A stretch of DNA of 52,123 nt, from positions 1 to 52,123 of the forward strand of contig JAJZCL010000001.1 of assembly GCA_021846165.1 (NCBI GenBank). Reading direction: 5' to 3'. The notes beneath the pieces were generated by a model. The model was given only the letters and a program-made list of their open reading frames with translations. It had not been told where the DNA came from and searched no databases. The DNA comes from Bacillota bacterium. Its GTDB lineage: Bacteria; Bacillota; Bacilli; Alicyclobacillales; SLC66. The position numbers and the translations under genes are program-made. Shown in pieces: positions 42,822 to 51,090 of the stretch (position 1 is the stretch's first letter; every line of letters starts with the position of its first letter).

Positions 42822-44195
42822 ATGAGTATTGTGGAAGAAGAAGCTTCACTCCCTTTATACGCCTTAAAAGACAACGACCGTAAGCACGTATGGCACTCTT
42901 TTGCGCCACTCGCCGGGGAGGCCTGGATGGTCAATCACGCAAAAGAGGAATACGTAACCGATATTGACGGTCAACGTTACCTTGACGCCATGTCTGGACT
43001 TTGGTGTGTCAACGCGGGATACGGTCAGGAACGAATTGCAAAAAAGGTGTATGAGCAAATGGTTCAACTGTCCTATTATCCCATGACGGCCGCGCACATC
43101 CCCGGCGCAAAGTTGGCGAAAAAGCTCAATGAGTGGCTAGGTGCCCCCTATCGAATTTTTTATGGTAACAGCGGTTCAGAGGCCAATGAGGCGGCATTCA
43201 AGATCGCCCGCCAATACCACTTTCTAAAGGGAAATCCCACGAAATACAAAATCATTTCCCGTTACCGTGCTTACCATGGTTCGACAATGGGGGCGTTATC
43301 GGCAACGGGTCAACAACAGCGAAAATACGGGTTTGAACCCATGGTGCCCGGCTTTCTGCATGTGCATCCGCCGGATCCATATCGAGACTTTGCGGAAGAC
43401 CACCTCGACGAGTACGGTGAACGCTTGGCTCGCGACCTCGAACGAACCATCCTTTGGGAGGGATCTGAGACAATCGCCGCCATGATCATGGAACCGTTTA
43501 TCACAGGCGGTGGCATTTTGATTCCGCCGCCGAACTATTTGCCACTCGTGGCCGAAATTTGTCGCAAGCACGACATTTTGTTGATCATCGATGAGGTCAT
43601 TAATGGATTTGGTCGCACAGGCAAAAACTTTGGCTTTCAGCACAGTTTGGTGACCCCGGATATGGTTACGATGGCGAAAGGAATCACTAGCGCATACTTG
43701 CCATTATCCGCTGTGGCCGTGCGCCCGGAAATTTACGAAGTATTTGAAGCGGCTGATGGAGAATACGCACGTTTTCGCCACGTCAACACGTTTGGCGGAC
43801 ACCCGGTCAGTTGCGCCGCCGCACTTGAGAACTTAGCCATCTTCGAGGAGTGGAATCTGGTTCATCGCTCAAAAACGATGGGAGCCATCTTGTTGGAAGG
43901 CCTAAACGACCTAAAAACACTGCCGATTGTAGGAGATGTCAGGGGGATCGGACTCCTAGCGGGTATCGAACTCGTGATTGACCGCAATACGCGCGAACCG
44001 TTGCCTGCAGCGCAAGTGGCCGCCATCGTCGGATCCTGCAAGACAGCCGGTGTGATTATCGGCAAAAACGGGGACACCGTGGCAGGGTTGAATAACGTCA
44101 TTACCGTTGCGCCGCCACTCACGGTCAGTGAAGAACAAATCGCCACGATTGTTGATGTATTGCGATCCGCGATCGCCGCGAATTTGCTGTCATAA
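42822..44195 (+). CDS. Class-III (omega) aminotransferase
   Basis: YGNSGSEANEAA, LIIDEVINGFGRTGK, and MAKGITSAYLPLSA (PLP lysine). It resembles beta-alanine/taurine:pyruvate-type transaminases. Confidence 0.88.
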   Translation: MSIVEEEASLPLYALKDNDRKHVWHSFAPLAGEAWMVNHAKEEYVTDIDGQRYLDAMSGLWCVNAGYGQERIAKKVYEQMVQLSYYPMTAAHIPGAKLAKKLNEWLGAPYRIFYGNSGSEANEAAFKIARQYHFLKGNPTKYKIISRYRAYHGSTMGALSATGQQQRKYGFEPMVPGFLHVHPPDPYRDFAEDHLDEYGERLARDLERTILWEGSETIAAMIMEPFITGGGILIPPPNYLPLVAEICRKHDILLIIDEVINGFGRTGKNFGFQHSLVTPDMVTMAKGITSAYLPLSAVAVRPEIYEVFEAADGEYARFRHVNTFGGHPVSCAAALENLAIFEEWNLVHRSKTMGAILLEGLNDLKTLPIVGDVRGIGLLAGIELVIDRNTREPLPAAQVAAIVGSCKTAGVIIGKNGDTVAGLNNVITVAPPLTVSEEQIATIVDVLRSAIAANLLS

Positions 44196-44346
44196 TGTAG
44201 TGTTCAAAATGGATTCCGGCTTCACCGATTTAGTTCCGTCGGAAGGAAGCCGGTTTGACTTTTTGGCCATCATTTCATACCGAATCATTATTTTATACTT
44301 TACTTGCAATAATAATGCCTTTACAATGTTCGAGGAGGTCGATCTT

Positions 44347-44724
44347 ATGTTTCGTGAAATCTGCAAAGGCAAAATTCACCGCGCGACAGTCACTGAAGCG
44401 AGGCTTGATTACGTGGGCAGCATCACCATTGACCGCGCCCTGATGGATGCCGTAAATTTGCGTCCCTATGAAATGGTGCAGGTGACGAACGTAGCAAATG
44501 CTGCGCTGTGGCGAACGTACGCGATTCCGGCTGAAGCTGGCTCGGGGACAATTTGCCTGAACGGACCACCGGCGCGTCTGTTTCAACCGACAGACTTGGT
44601 CATTATCCTGTCGTTAGCGACAGTGACGGATGAAGAGTATGAGCAAACGACGGCGAACGTGGTTCACGTTGATGAAAAAAACCAAATTTCGAGAATAGAG
44701 TCCCATCGCTTATGGGAGCTGTAA
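44347..44724 (+). CDS. panD: Aspartate 1-decarboxylase (pyruvoyl-dependent)
   Basis: MFREICKGKIHRATVTEARLDYVGSITID (the G-S self-cleavage site is present), YAIPAEAGSGTICLNGPPA. ATG at 44347 has GAGGAGG 9 nt upstream. The track start at 44107 is an extension. Confidence 0.92.
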   Translation: MFREICKGKIHRATVTEARLDYVGSITIDRALMDAVNLRPYEMVQVTNVANAALWRTYAIPAEAGSGTICLNGPPARLFQPTDLVIILSLATVTDEEYEQTTANVVHVDEKNQISRIESHRLWEL

Positions 44725-44736
44725 TCGGAAAACTTC

Positions 44737-44770
44737 GGGCTGGTCGATGTACCATCCAGCCCGTTTTTTG
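44737..44770 (+). terminator. Intrinsic terminator after panD
   Basis: GGGCUGG-UCGAUGUACCAU-CCAGCCC followed by GUUUUUUG. Confidence 0.75.
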
Positions 44771-44788
44771 TCATGTGACCGGCCAACA

Positions 44789-44989
44789 TTATAGACTGGC
44801 ATCACCGTTGAGAATCAGTTCGGCAAGGCGATACAACACAGAAGGGCTCACCACCTCTTGTTTGCCGAGTACTGGGTGAATCGTATACGCTTGTGCAATC
44901 CACCTTCTTCCGCTCACCTTACGCAGGCCGATAGCGGTAAAAGTGACGCCTTCCATTAACACCTCAATTGGAAATTTAGGGACATCCAT
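44789..44989 (-). CDS. Small hypothetical protein
   Basis: 66 aa from ATG 44989 (AAGGAAGTGGAG upstream). No recognisable motif. Coding status is uncertain. Confidence 0.35.
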   Translation of the reverse strand: MDVPKFPIEVLMEGVTFTAIGLRKVSGRRWIAQAYTIHPVLGKQEVVSPSVLYRLAELILNGDASL

Positions 44990-45228
44990 AACTCCACTTC
45001 CTTTTGCGCTCACCAACACATCATCACTTACATTATAGACTTATCTAACCCTTCCCATGAAGTGTGAAGTTCACAGATTGTTTGTGAATCATTATATTCT
45101 AGTGTACAATTTCTTAAATGCGTTTTTCGGGCAACAGTTCCATCTATACGTTCAGCATAAAGTGAGTTTTAAGGAAGCTTTGGTATATTGAAGACTGCTA
45201 ACGATGATCATTATTTTGGGGTGAACAT

Positions 45229-46377
45229 ATGCGTATATTGATCACAGGGGGAGACGGTTTTTGCGGTTGGCCCACTGCGTTGTACTTATCCCGTCAGGGT
45301 CACCAGATCGCCATTCTTGACAACGAGATGAGGCGAGAGTGGGATCACGAACTCGGCATCGGATCTTTAATTCCCCTTCCTACCATGGAAGAACGAGTCG
45401 CCGAATGGCAGAAGCACACGACTAGCCCATTTCGCGCCTATCACGTCGATATGCGCGATTATGACGCTCTGGCGACTGCCATCATTGAATTTCAGCCGGA
45501 GGCAATCGTCCACTTTGCGGAACAGCGCTCAGCACCTTATTCTATGATTGATCGAGATCATGCGATCTTCACGCAAACCAACAATATCATCGGCACGCTG
45601 AACCTGCTCTACATCATGAAAGAGATCGCACCCGATTGCCACCTCATCAAGTTGGGCACAATGGGCGAATACGGAACTCCGAACATTGACATTGAAGAAG
45701 GCTACTTAACGATTGAGTACAAAGGTCGCACAGACACACTGCCATACCCGAAGCAACCTCCGTCAATGTACCACCTGTCTAAGGTTCACGACACCCACAA
45801 CATTGCGTTTGCGTGCCGGTCGTGGAACCTGCGCGCGACCGATCTGAACCAGGGAGTGGTTTACGGGGTACAGACCGAAGAAACGCTCACGCACCCGCTT
45901 CTCACCAATCGTTTTGACTACGATGAAGTGTTCGGAACCGCGTTGAACCGCTTTTGCGTGGAGGCAGCCGTGGCGCATCCGTTAACTGTGTATGGTCAGG
46001 GCGGACAGACCCGCGGCTTCATCAACATCAAAGACACCGTCCGCTGCATTGAGATCGCTGCCTTAAACCCCGCACAACCAGGGGAGATGCGAGTGTACAA
46101 CCAGTTTACCGAGGAGTTCTCTGTTCAGGATCTGGCGAATCGGGTTCAGCATGCGGCGCAAGGCCTGGGTTTCAACGCGAGTATCGACCATTTGACGAAT
46201 CCGCGCGTTGAATTGGAACAGCATTATTATCATGCGGCGCACACCAAATTGATTGAACTGGGACTCGAACCCCACCTTCTTAACGAAGAGGAGATCCGTA
46301 CCATCATCCAAATGGCAATCGCGCAAAAGGATCGTGTACGGATGGAAAAAATCAAACCTACCGTCACATGGCGGTAA
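45229..46377 (+). CDS. sqdB: UDP-sulfoquinovose synthase
   Basis: MRILITGGDGFCGWPTALYLS..GH, FAEQRSAPYSM, and KLGTMGEYGTPNIDIEEGY...PKQPPSMYHLSKVHD.HNI match the SQD1/SqdB-specific blocks within the SDR epimerase fold. Confidence 0.85.
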   Translation: MRILITGGDGFCGWPTALYLSRQGHQIAILDNEMRREWDHELGIGSLIPLPTMEERVAEWQKHTTSPFRAYHVDMRDYDALATAIIEFQPEAIVHFAEQRSAPYSMIDRDHAIFTQTNNIIGTLNLLYIMKEIAPDCHLIKLGTMGEYGTPNIDIEEGYLTIEYKGRTDTLPYPKQPPSMYHLSKVHDTHNIAFACRSWNLRATDLNQGVVYGVQTEETLTHPLLTNRFDYDEVFGTALNRFCVEAAVAHPLTVYGQGGQTRGFINIKDTVRCIEIAALNPAQPGEMRVYNQFTEEFSVQDLANRVQHAAQGLGFNASIDHLTNPRVELEQHYYHAAHTKLIELGLEPHLLNEEEIRTIIQMAIAQKDRVRMEKIKPTVTWR

Positions 46378-46405
46378 CCACTTTACTCGTGTCTGGGGGA
46401 TTCTC

Positions 46406-46849
46406 GTGATTCGAACCGCTAGACTTTGGTTGCTGAGGTTACGCTCTCTCCGGTACTTAAAGTTTTTGCTTGTTGGCATACTAAATGCCGGAGTCGATCT
46501 TGCCGTCCTGAACCTGTTGTTGGTAATCAGACCGACAAAGTCGCCCTATTTACTGATTGTATATAACACCATTGCCGTGGTTTGCGCGATTGCCACCAGT
46601 TATGAGATTAACCGACGATGGACGTTTTCTGACCGCAGCAAAAATCGCAAAAGGGAGCAAAGGCTTTTTTTTGCGCAGGGAATCCTAAATGTTGCCGTTA
46701 ACAACGGCGCACTGGTATTTATTTCGCGCGTCATGTATTCTTTTAATATCTCTTTCATCATCAGCAGCAACCTTTCCAAGGTTTTCGCCATGGCGATATC
46801 TTCTGGTTTGAGTTATGTGATACTTCGTCATTTTGTTTATCACGCCTAG
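46406..46849 (+). CDS. GtrA-family membrane protein
   Basis: YLKFLLVGILNAGVDLAVLNLLL...SYEINRRWTF is the GtrA-like pattern, with four TM spans. GTG at 46406 follows a GGGGGA RBS. The track start at 46253 overlaps sqdB. Confidence 0.7.
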   Translation: MIRTARLWLLRLRSLRYLKFLLVGILNAGVDLAVLNLLLVIRPTKSPYLLIVYNTIAVVCAIATSYEINRRWTFSDRSKNRKREQRLFFAQGILNVAVNNGALVFISRVMYSFNISFIISSNLSKVFAMAISSGLSYVILRHFVYHA

Positions 46850-46890
46850 CTGAACACTGCGGACAGGCGCACAGCTCAGGAGGTTTGGCA

Positions 46891-48120
46891 GTGAAAATCG
46901 CTTTGTTTACAGAAACATTTTTACCATCCACTGACGGTATCGTCACGCGGCTATTGGCAACCATTGATTATTTGATCGATTCTGGTCATGCATTAGCCAT
47001 TATCGCTCCTTATGGGGCGCCTAAACTGTACAAAGGGATACCTATCCTGTCCATCAGCGGGTTTCCTTATCCTTTTTATCCACAGCTTAAGTTCTGCCCT
47101 CCTAGCAGGTCAATGGGGGCGTTTTTAAGAGAGTTTCAACCAGACTTGATTCATGTCATCAACCCTGTTGTACTTGGACTTGGTGGCATTTTTTACGCTA
47201 AAAAGATGCGCATTCCGCTTGTCGCCTCATTCCATACTCACCTCGCCAAGTACGCGCAAACATATAATTTGCCTTTTCTTGCTCCTGTAGCATGGCACTA
47301 CCTACGGTTCATTCACAACCTGGCGTCCGTTAACCTTGCCACATCCCAAGCAATGGTTCGTGAATTATCCGGAAGAAGGTATCGGAATGTGCGTTGGTGG
47401 GAAGGAGGCGTGGATACTGAACTCTTTCACCCGCGCTTTCAATCTGAAACCATGCGCAGCACGCTAACGGACGGTCACCCAGAAAATTTTATTCTATTGT
47501 ATGTCGGAAGACTGGCACACGAAAAAAATCTCGCTCAGATCCGTCCACTTTTAGACGCGATCCCCAACTTAAGTGTCGCATTTATCGGCGACGGCCCTGC
47601 GAGAATCAAATTAGGACAAGCCTTCTCAGGCTCTAAGGCGAAGTTTTTCGGGTTTTTGCATGGCGAGGAATTGGCATCGGCATACGCTTCCGCGGATGCG
47701 TTTATTTTCCCATCGACAACGGAAACACTGGGGCTGGTTTTGCTGGAAGCGATGTCTTCGGGTCTTCCTGTCATCGCGGCGGAAAGCGCTCCAACCATCG
47801 AACTGTTTCAAAACCAAGAATTAGGCATCGTTTATCGTTCAGGAAATATGTCATCTCTGATCGAGGCGGTGCGGTTGCTAATGGCGCAGCCTGATTTACG
47901 CAACCGGATGAGCCTTAACGCCAGAAGCGCCGCTCAGACTCGCAATTGGATAGCGCCGACTCAGCGGCTTGTTCATTACTATGGAGCCGCAATGCGCGCT
48001 CACCGTATTTTCCATGCGAAATCCAGTCAATCCCATGCAAGAGTCAACGAAAATTATTACAAATCTAATCTCGGAACCCGTCGGGGTGATGAAGGTGCCA
48101 ATTCCATGCGGATTCAATGA
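46891..48120 (+). CDS. sqdX: GT4 glycosyltransferase, SqdX-like (sulfoquinovosyl-diacylglycerol synthase candidate)
   Basis: VKIALFTETFLPSTDGIVTRL is the SqdX-type N-terminus. The EX7E region is PSTTETLGLVLLEAMSSGLPVIA. GTG at 46891 has an AGGAGG RBS. The 3' end overlaps convergent galE by 56 nt. Confidence 0.8.
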   Translation: MKIALFTETFLPSTDGIVTRLLATIDYLIDSGHALAIIAPYGAPKLYKGIPILSISGFPYPFYPQLKFCPPSRSMGAFLREFQPDLIHVINPVVLGLGGIFYAKKMRIPLVASFHTHLAKYAQTYNLPFLAPVAWHYLRFIHNLASVNLATSQAMVRELSGRRYRNVRWWEGGVDTELFHPRFQSETMRSTLTDGHPENFILLYVGRLAHEKNLAQIRPLLDAIPNLSVAFIGDGPARIKLGQAFSGSKAKFFGFLHGEELASAYASADAFIFPSTTETLGLVLLEAMSSGLPVIAAESAPTIELFQNQELGIVYRSGNMSSLIEAVRLLMAQPDLRNRMSLNARSAAQTRNWIAPTQRLVHYYGAAMRAHRIFHAKSSQSHARVNENYYKSNLGTRRGDEGANSMRIQ

Positions 48121-49060
48121 TGGATGCCAAATCCTGATACTTTGGTTCCCACTTTAATGCCACCTTGGCTAGGTCTGAGGACGCAACGAGTACGGCTGGA
48201 TCGCCACTTCTCCGTTCGCCCACCAGATAGTGAATCTCGCGTTTCGTTACCGCACGCGCAGCGTGAATCACATCAAATACCGAATACCCTGTTCCGATCC
48301 CTAAATTAAACGCTTCCGCGCCCACCACGCGATGACGCAGTCTTTTCAGCGCAAGCCGATGAGCGCTCGCCAAATCCATGACATGGATGTAATCGCGAAT
48401 GCACGACCCGTCTGCTGTAGGATAATCATTTCCAAAAACAGTGAAATGACTGCGCACGCCGAGCGCTGTTTGCAGTAGAAGCGGAATCAGGTGAGTTTCA
48501 TGCATGTGATGTTCTCCAATTGGCAGTGTCGGGTGCGCACCCGCCGCATTGAAATACCTTAGACTGATCGATTGCATGCCATATGCGGAATAACACCAGT
48601 ACAGCATGCGTTCGATGGCCAGCTTGGTTTCGCCGTATGGATTCGTTGGTCGTTTGGGATGATTTTCGCCAATTGGGATCGCCTCCGGTTCGCCGTACGT
48701 TGCTGCTGTAGATGAAAATACGATCCTCATCACGCCAGCTTCCACCATTGCTGCGAGTAATTCAGCGGTACCCGCCACATTGTTTTGATAATAAGTCAGC
48801 GGTACACGCACGCTTTCCCCCACTTGCGAGTAGGCGGCAAAATGAACGACCGATTCGATGGTGTGGCTACGCATCACATGCACCAGCGCGTCCCGATCCC
48901 TAATGTCAAAATGATAAAAAGGAACATTAAGCGCCCGTACCGCTTCCTCGTGCCCCAAACCAAGGTTGTCGATCACCACGACTTCTTCGCCGTGTTCCAA
49001 TAATTCGGCCACTGTGTGACTGCCAATATACCCAGCACCGCCTGTCACCATGATCGTCAC
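48065..49060 (-). CDS. galE: UDP-glucose 4-epimerase
   Basis: IMVTGGAGYIGSHTV.ELL..G..VVVIDNL, YGETKL (YxxxK), and NLG.G.GYSV. GTG at 49060 has GGAGGA 6 nt upstream. Confidence 0.92.
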   Translation of the reverse strand: MTIMVTGGAGYIGSHTVAELLEHGEEVVVIDNLGLGHEEAVRALNVPFYHFDIRDRDALVHVMRSHTIESVVHFAAYSQVGESVRVPLTYYQNNVAGTAELLAAMVEAGVMRIVFSSTAATYGEPEAIPIGENHPKRPTNPYGETKLAIERMLYWCYSAYGMQSISLRYFNAAGAHPTLPIGEHHMHETHLIPLLLQTALGVRSHFTVFGNDYPTADGSCIRDYIHVMDLASAHRLALKRLRHRVVGAEAFNLGIGTGYSVFDVIHAARAVTKREIHYLVGERRSGDPAVLVASSDLAKVALKWEPKYQDLASIIESAWNWHLHHPDGFRD

Positions 49061-49181
49061 GTAGATTCCTCCATGCATCCTATGCTAATCCTCAATGTAC
49101 CACATCAAATCTTTTTGTGACGCGGTATAATATCTCTGATATGAATCTTCGACAACAAATGATAGGTTTGGAGGAAGATCG

Positions 49182-50357
49182 TTGGTCAACCGATTTGATG
49201 AACATATCCAAAGATTCCATACCGCATCTGTCAAATGGGACGGTATGAAGCAGCGTTTTCACACCGATAAGGCTCTTCCCATGTGGGTCGCTGACATGGA
49301 TTTTGCCGCGCCCGAGCCTGTTCTCGAAGCACTGGCACAGAGGGTTCAACACGGTGTTTTTGGATACACCTATCGAACTGAAGAATACCTGAATTCGATT
49401 CGCTCGTGGCTGTTCCGCCGGCACCGCTTCACAATCGATACGTCGTGGATTGCGCATGCGCCGGGTATCGTTCCTGGTGTCGGATTTATCATTGATGCGC
49501 TTACGCAAGTAGGCGATAAAGTGGTCATTCAACCGCCTGTATACTACCCTTTTGAACGCGTCATTCGCAACTATCAACGAGAGGCCGTATACGCCCCGCT
49601 TGCGTTTGATGGCAATCGCTACCACATGGACTTTGACGCTTTAGAAAGACAGTTTCAATCCGGCGCCAAGGCATGGATTCTTTGTAGTCCCCATAACCCT
49701 GTTGGGCGCGTATGGACGGAAGATGAGCTTCGCACTGCCGGTGAATTGGCGCTAGCTTATCACGTCACTGTCATCAGCGATGAAATCCATCATGACCTCG
49801 TTTTCAAACGTTACCGTCATACCCCATTTGCGTCGATAGACGAACGTTTCAAAAACATCAGCGTCACGGCGATCGCGCCGAGCAAGACGTTCAATTTGGC
49901 AGGGTTGCAAACTGCGGTTGTCATCATCCCCAATCCCGACATGCTCATAAAGTACAGGAAAGTCTTGCAAAAGTACTCGATGGAAGGCGCCAACACATTT
50001 GGGGCGCTCGCTTTGGAGGCGGCCTATCGCAGTGGTGAGTCATGGTTAGATGAACTGCTTGATTACCTAGATGACAACCTTACGACGCTGCGACGGTTGT
50101 TAGCCGAGCAAATGCCCGAAATTCACTTGATTGAACCAGAGGGCACCTATTTGGTATGGCTGGATTGCAGAGAATTGGGATTATCCAAAGAAGAATTGGA
50201 TCACTTTTTTATCCATGAAGCAGGGGTCGCCTTGGATGAAGGCCACTTATTCGGAGAGGAAGGCAATGGCTTTCAACGCATAAACCTTGCCTGTCCAAGA
50301 ACAGTTATCGAAGAAGCGGTCACTCGCATCGCCACCGCATGGCACACTAGACATTAA
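49182..50357 (+). CDS. patB: PatB/MalY-type PLP-dependent C-S lyase (aminotransferase class I/II)
   Basis: R..T.S.KWD..........LPMWVADMDF..P, LCSPHNPVGRVWT, and APSKTFNLAGL (PLP lysine). TTG start with a GGAGGA RBS. Confidence 0.85.
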   Translation: MVNRFDEHIQRFHTASVKWDGMKQRFHTDKALPMWVADMDFAAPEPVLEALAQRVQHGVFGYTYRTEEYLNSIRSWLFRRHRFTIDTSWIAHAPGIVPGVGFIIDALTQVGDKVVIQPPVYYPFERVIRNYQREAVYAPLAFDGNRYHMDFDALERQFQSGAKAWILCSPHNPVGRVWTEDELRTAGELALAYHVTVISDEIHHDLVFKRYRHTPFASIDERFKNISVTAIAPSKTFNLAGLQTAVVIIPNPDMLIKYRKVLQKYSMEGANTFGALALEAAYRSGESWLDELLDYLDDNLTTLRRLLAEQMPEIHLIEPEGTYLVWLDCRELGLSKEELDHFFIHEAGVALDEGHLFGEEGNGFQRINLACPRTVIEEAVTRIATAWHTRH

Positions 50358-50381
50358 GCTTGAATCCCCATCCATCCTACA

Positions 50382-50429
50382 CCCCTAAAACCATGCGCAA
50401 TCCACACAAACTGTGCATGGTTTTAGGGG
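50382..50429. terminator. Long hairpin between convergent patB and the CBS gene
   Basis: CCCCUAAAACCAUGC (50382-50396) pairs with GCAUGGUUUUAGGGG (50415-50429), a 15-bp stem. The right arm contains the CBS-gene stop codon. There is no clean U-tract on either strand. Confidence 0.45.
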
Positions 50430-50929
50430 TTGATCGCCAAAAACGTTTTGACGACCGCGCGCACCACATCCCCCCGACTGACAATCCCCATTAAATGTCC
50501 ATCTTTTTCAACGGGAACCTTTTTAATCTTACGCCTAGAAAGCAGATCGGCAACCGCCACAATATCGTCCTGTTCCCGCACGGTCAATACTCGTTTCACG
50601 CCCACATCCAACACGTTCATCTGAACAACCCGCTTCATGTTCTCTTGCAGTTCATCATACTCCGCATCCATTCCGGCTCCTGAGTTCAATCCGATTCCAG
50701 AATAGTATTCAGCCGCCATTGTGAAATAATTCAATGACCGATTCAAGTGCTTGCCGATCTGCCGCATGATGTCGCCGTCGCTGATATAACCAATCAGTCG
50801 CTTGTCGTCATCTACCACCGGCATGCCGCCGATGCCGTGTTCGGCAAACTGTTCCAAGACACTGCGAACCGTGTCCGTCCTTTTCACGGTATACACGTCG
50901 GTAATCATGATGTCCGCCACCTTCACCAC
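50423..50929 (-). CDS. CBS-pair domain protein
   Basis: 168 aa with two CBS motifs (VADIMITDVYTV...GIGGMPVVDD...LIGYISDGDI and VLTVRE...KKVPVEKDGHLMGIVSRGDV). Confidence 0.85.
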   Translation of the reverse strand: MVKVADIMITDVYTVKRTDTVRSVLEQFAEHGIGGMPVVDDDKRLIGYISDGDIMRQIGKHLNRSLNYFTMAAEYYSGIGLNSGAGMDAEYDELQENMKRVVQMNVLDVGVKRVLTVREQDDIVAVADLLSRRKIKKVPVEKDGHLMGIVSRGDVVRAVVKTFLAINP

Positions 50930-51090
50930 ACATGCCCCCTTTTTAATCTGATTATGCAGAGCTTTGCACAGATCGTCAACGTTAGTATATCGTTATCGTG
51001 GGTTGTTCTATAATTTTTCATACCCTATACACAATCATGTGGTACGTTTATATAATGAATACAAAATCGCTTGGAGGAATCACTTATTCC

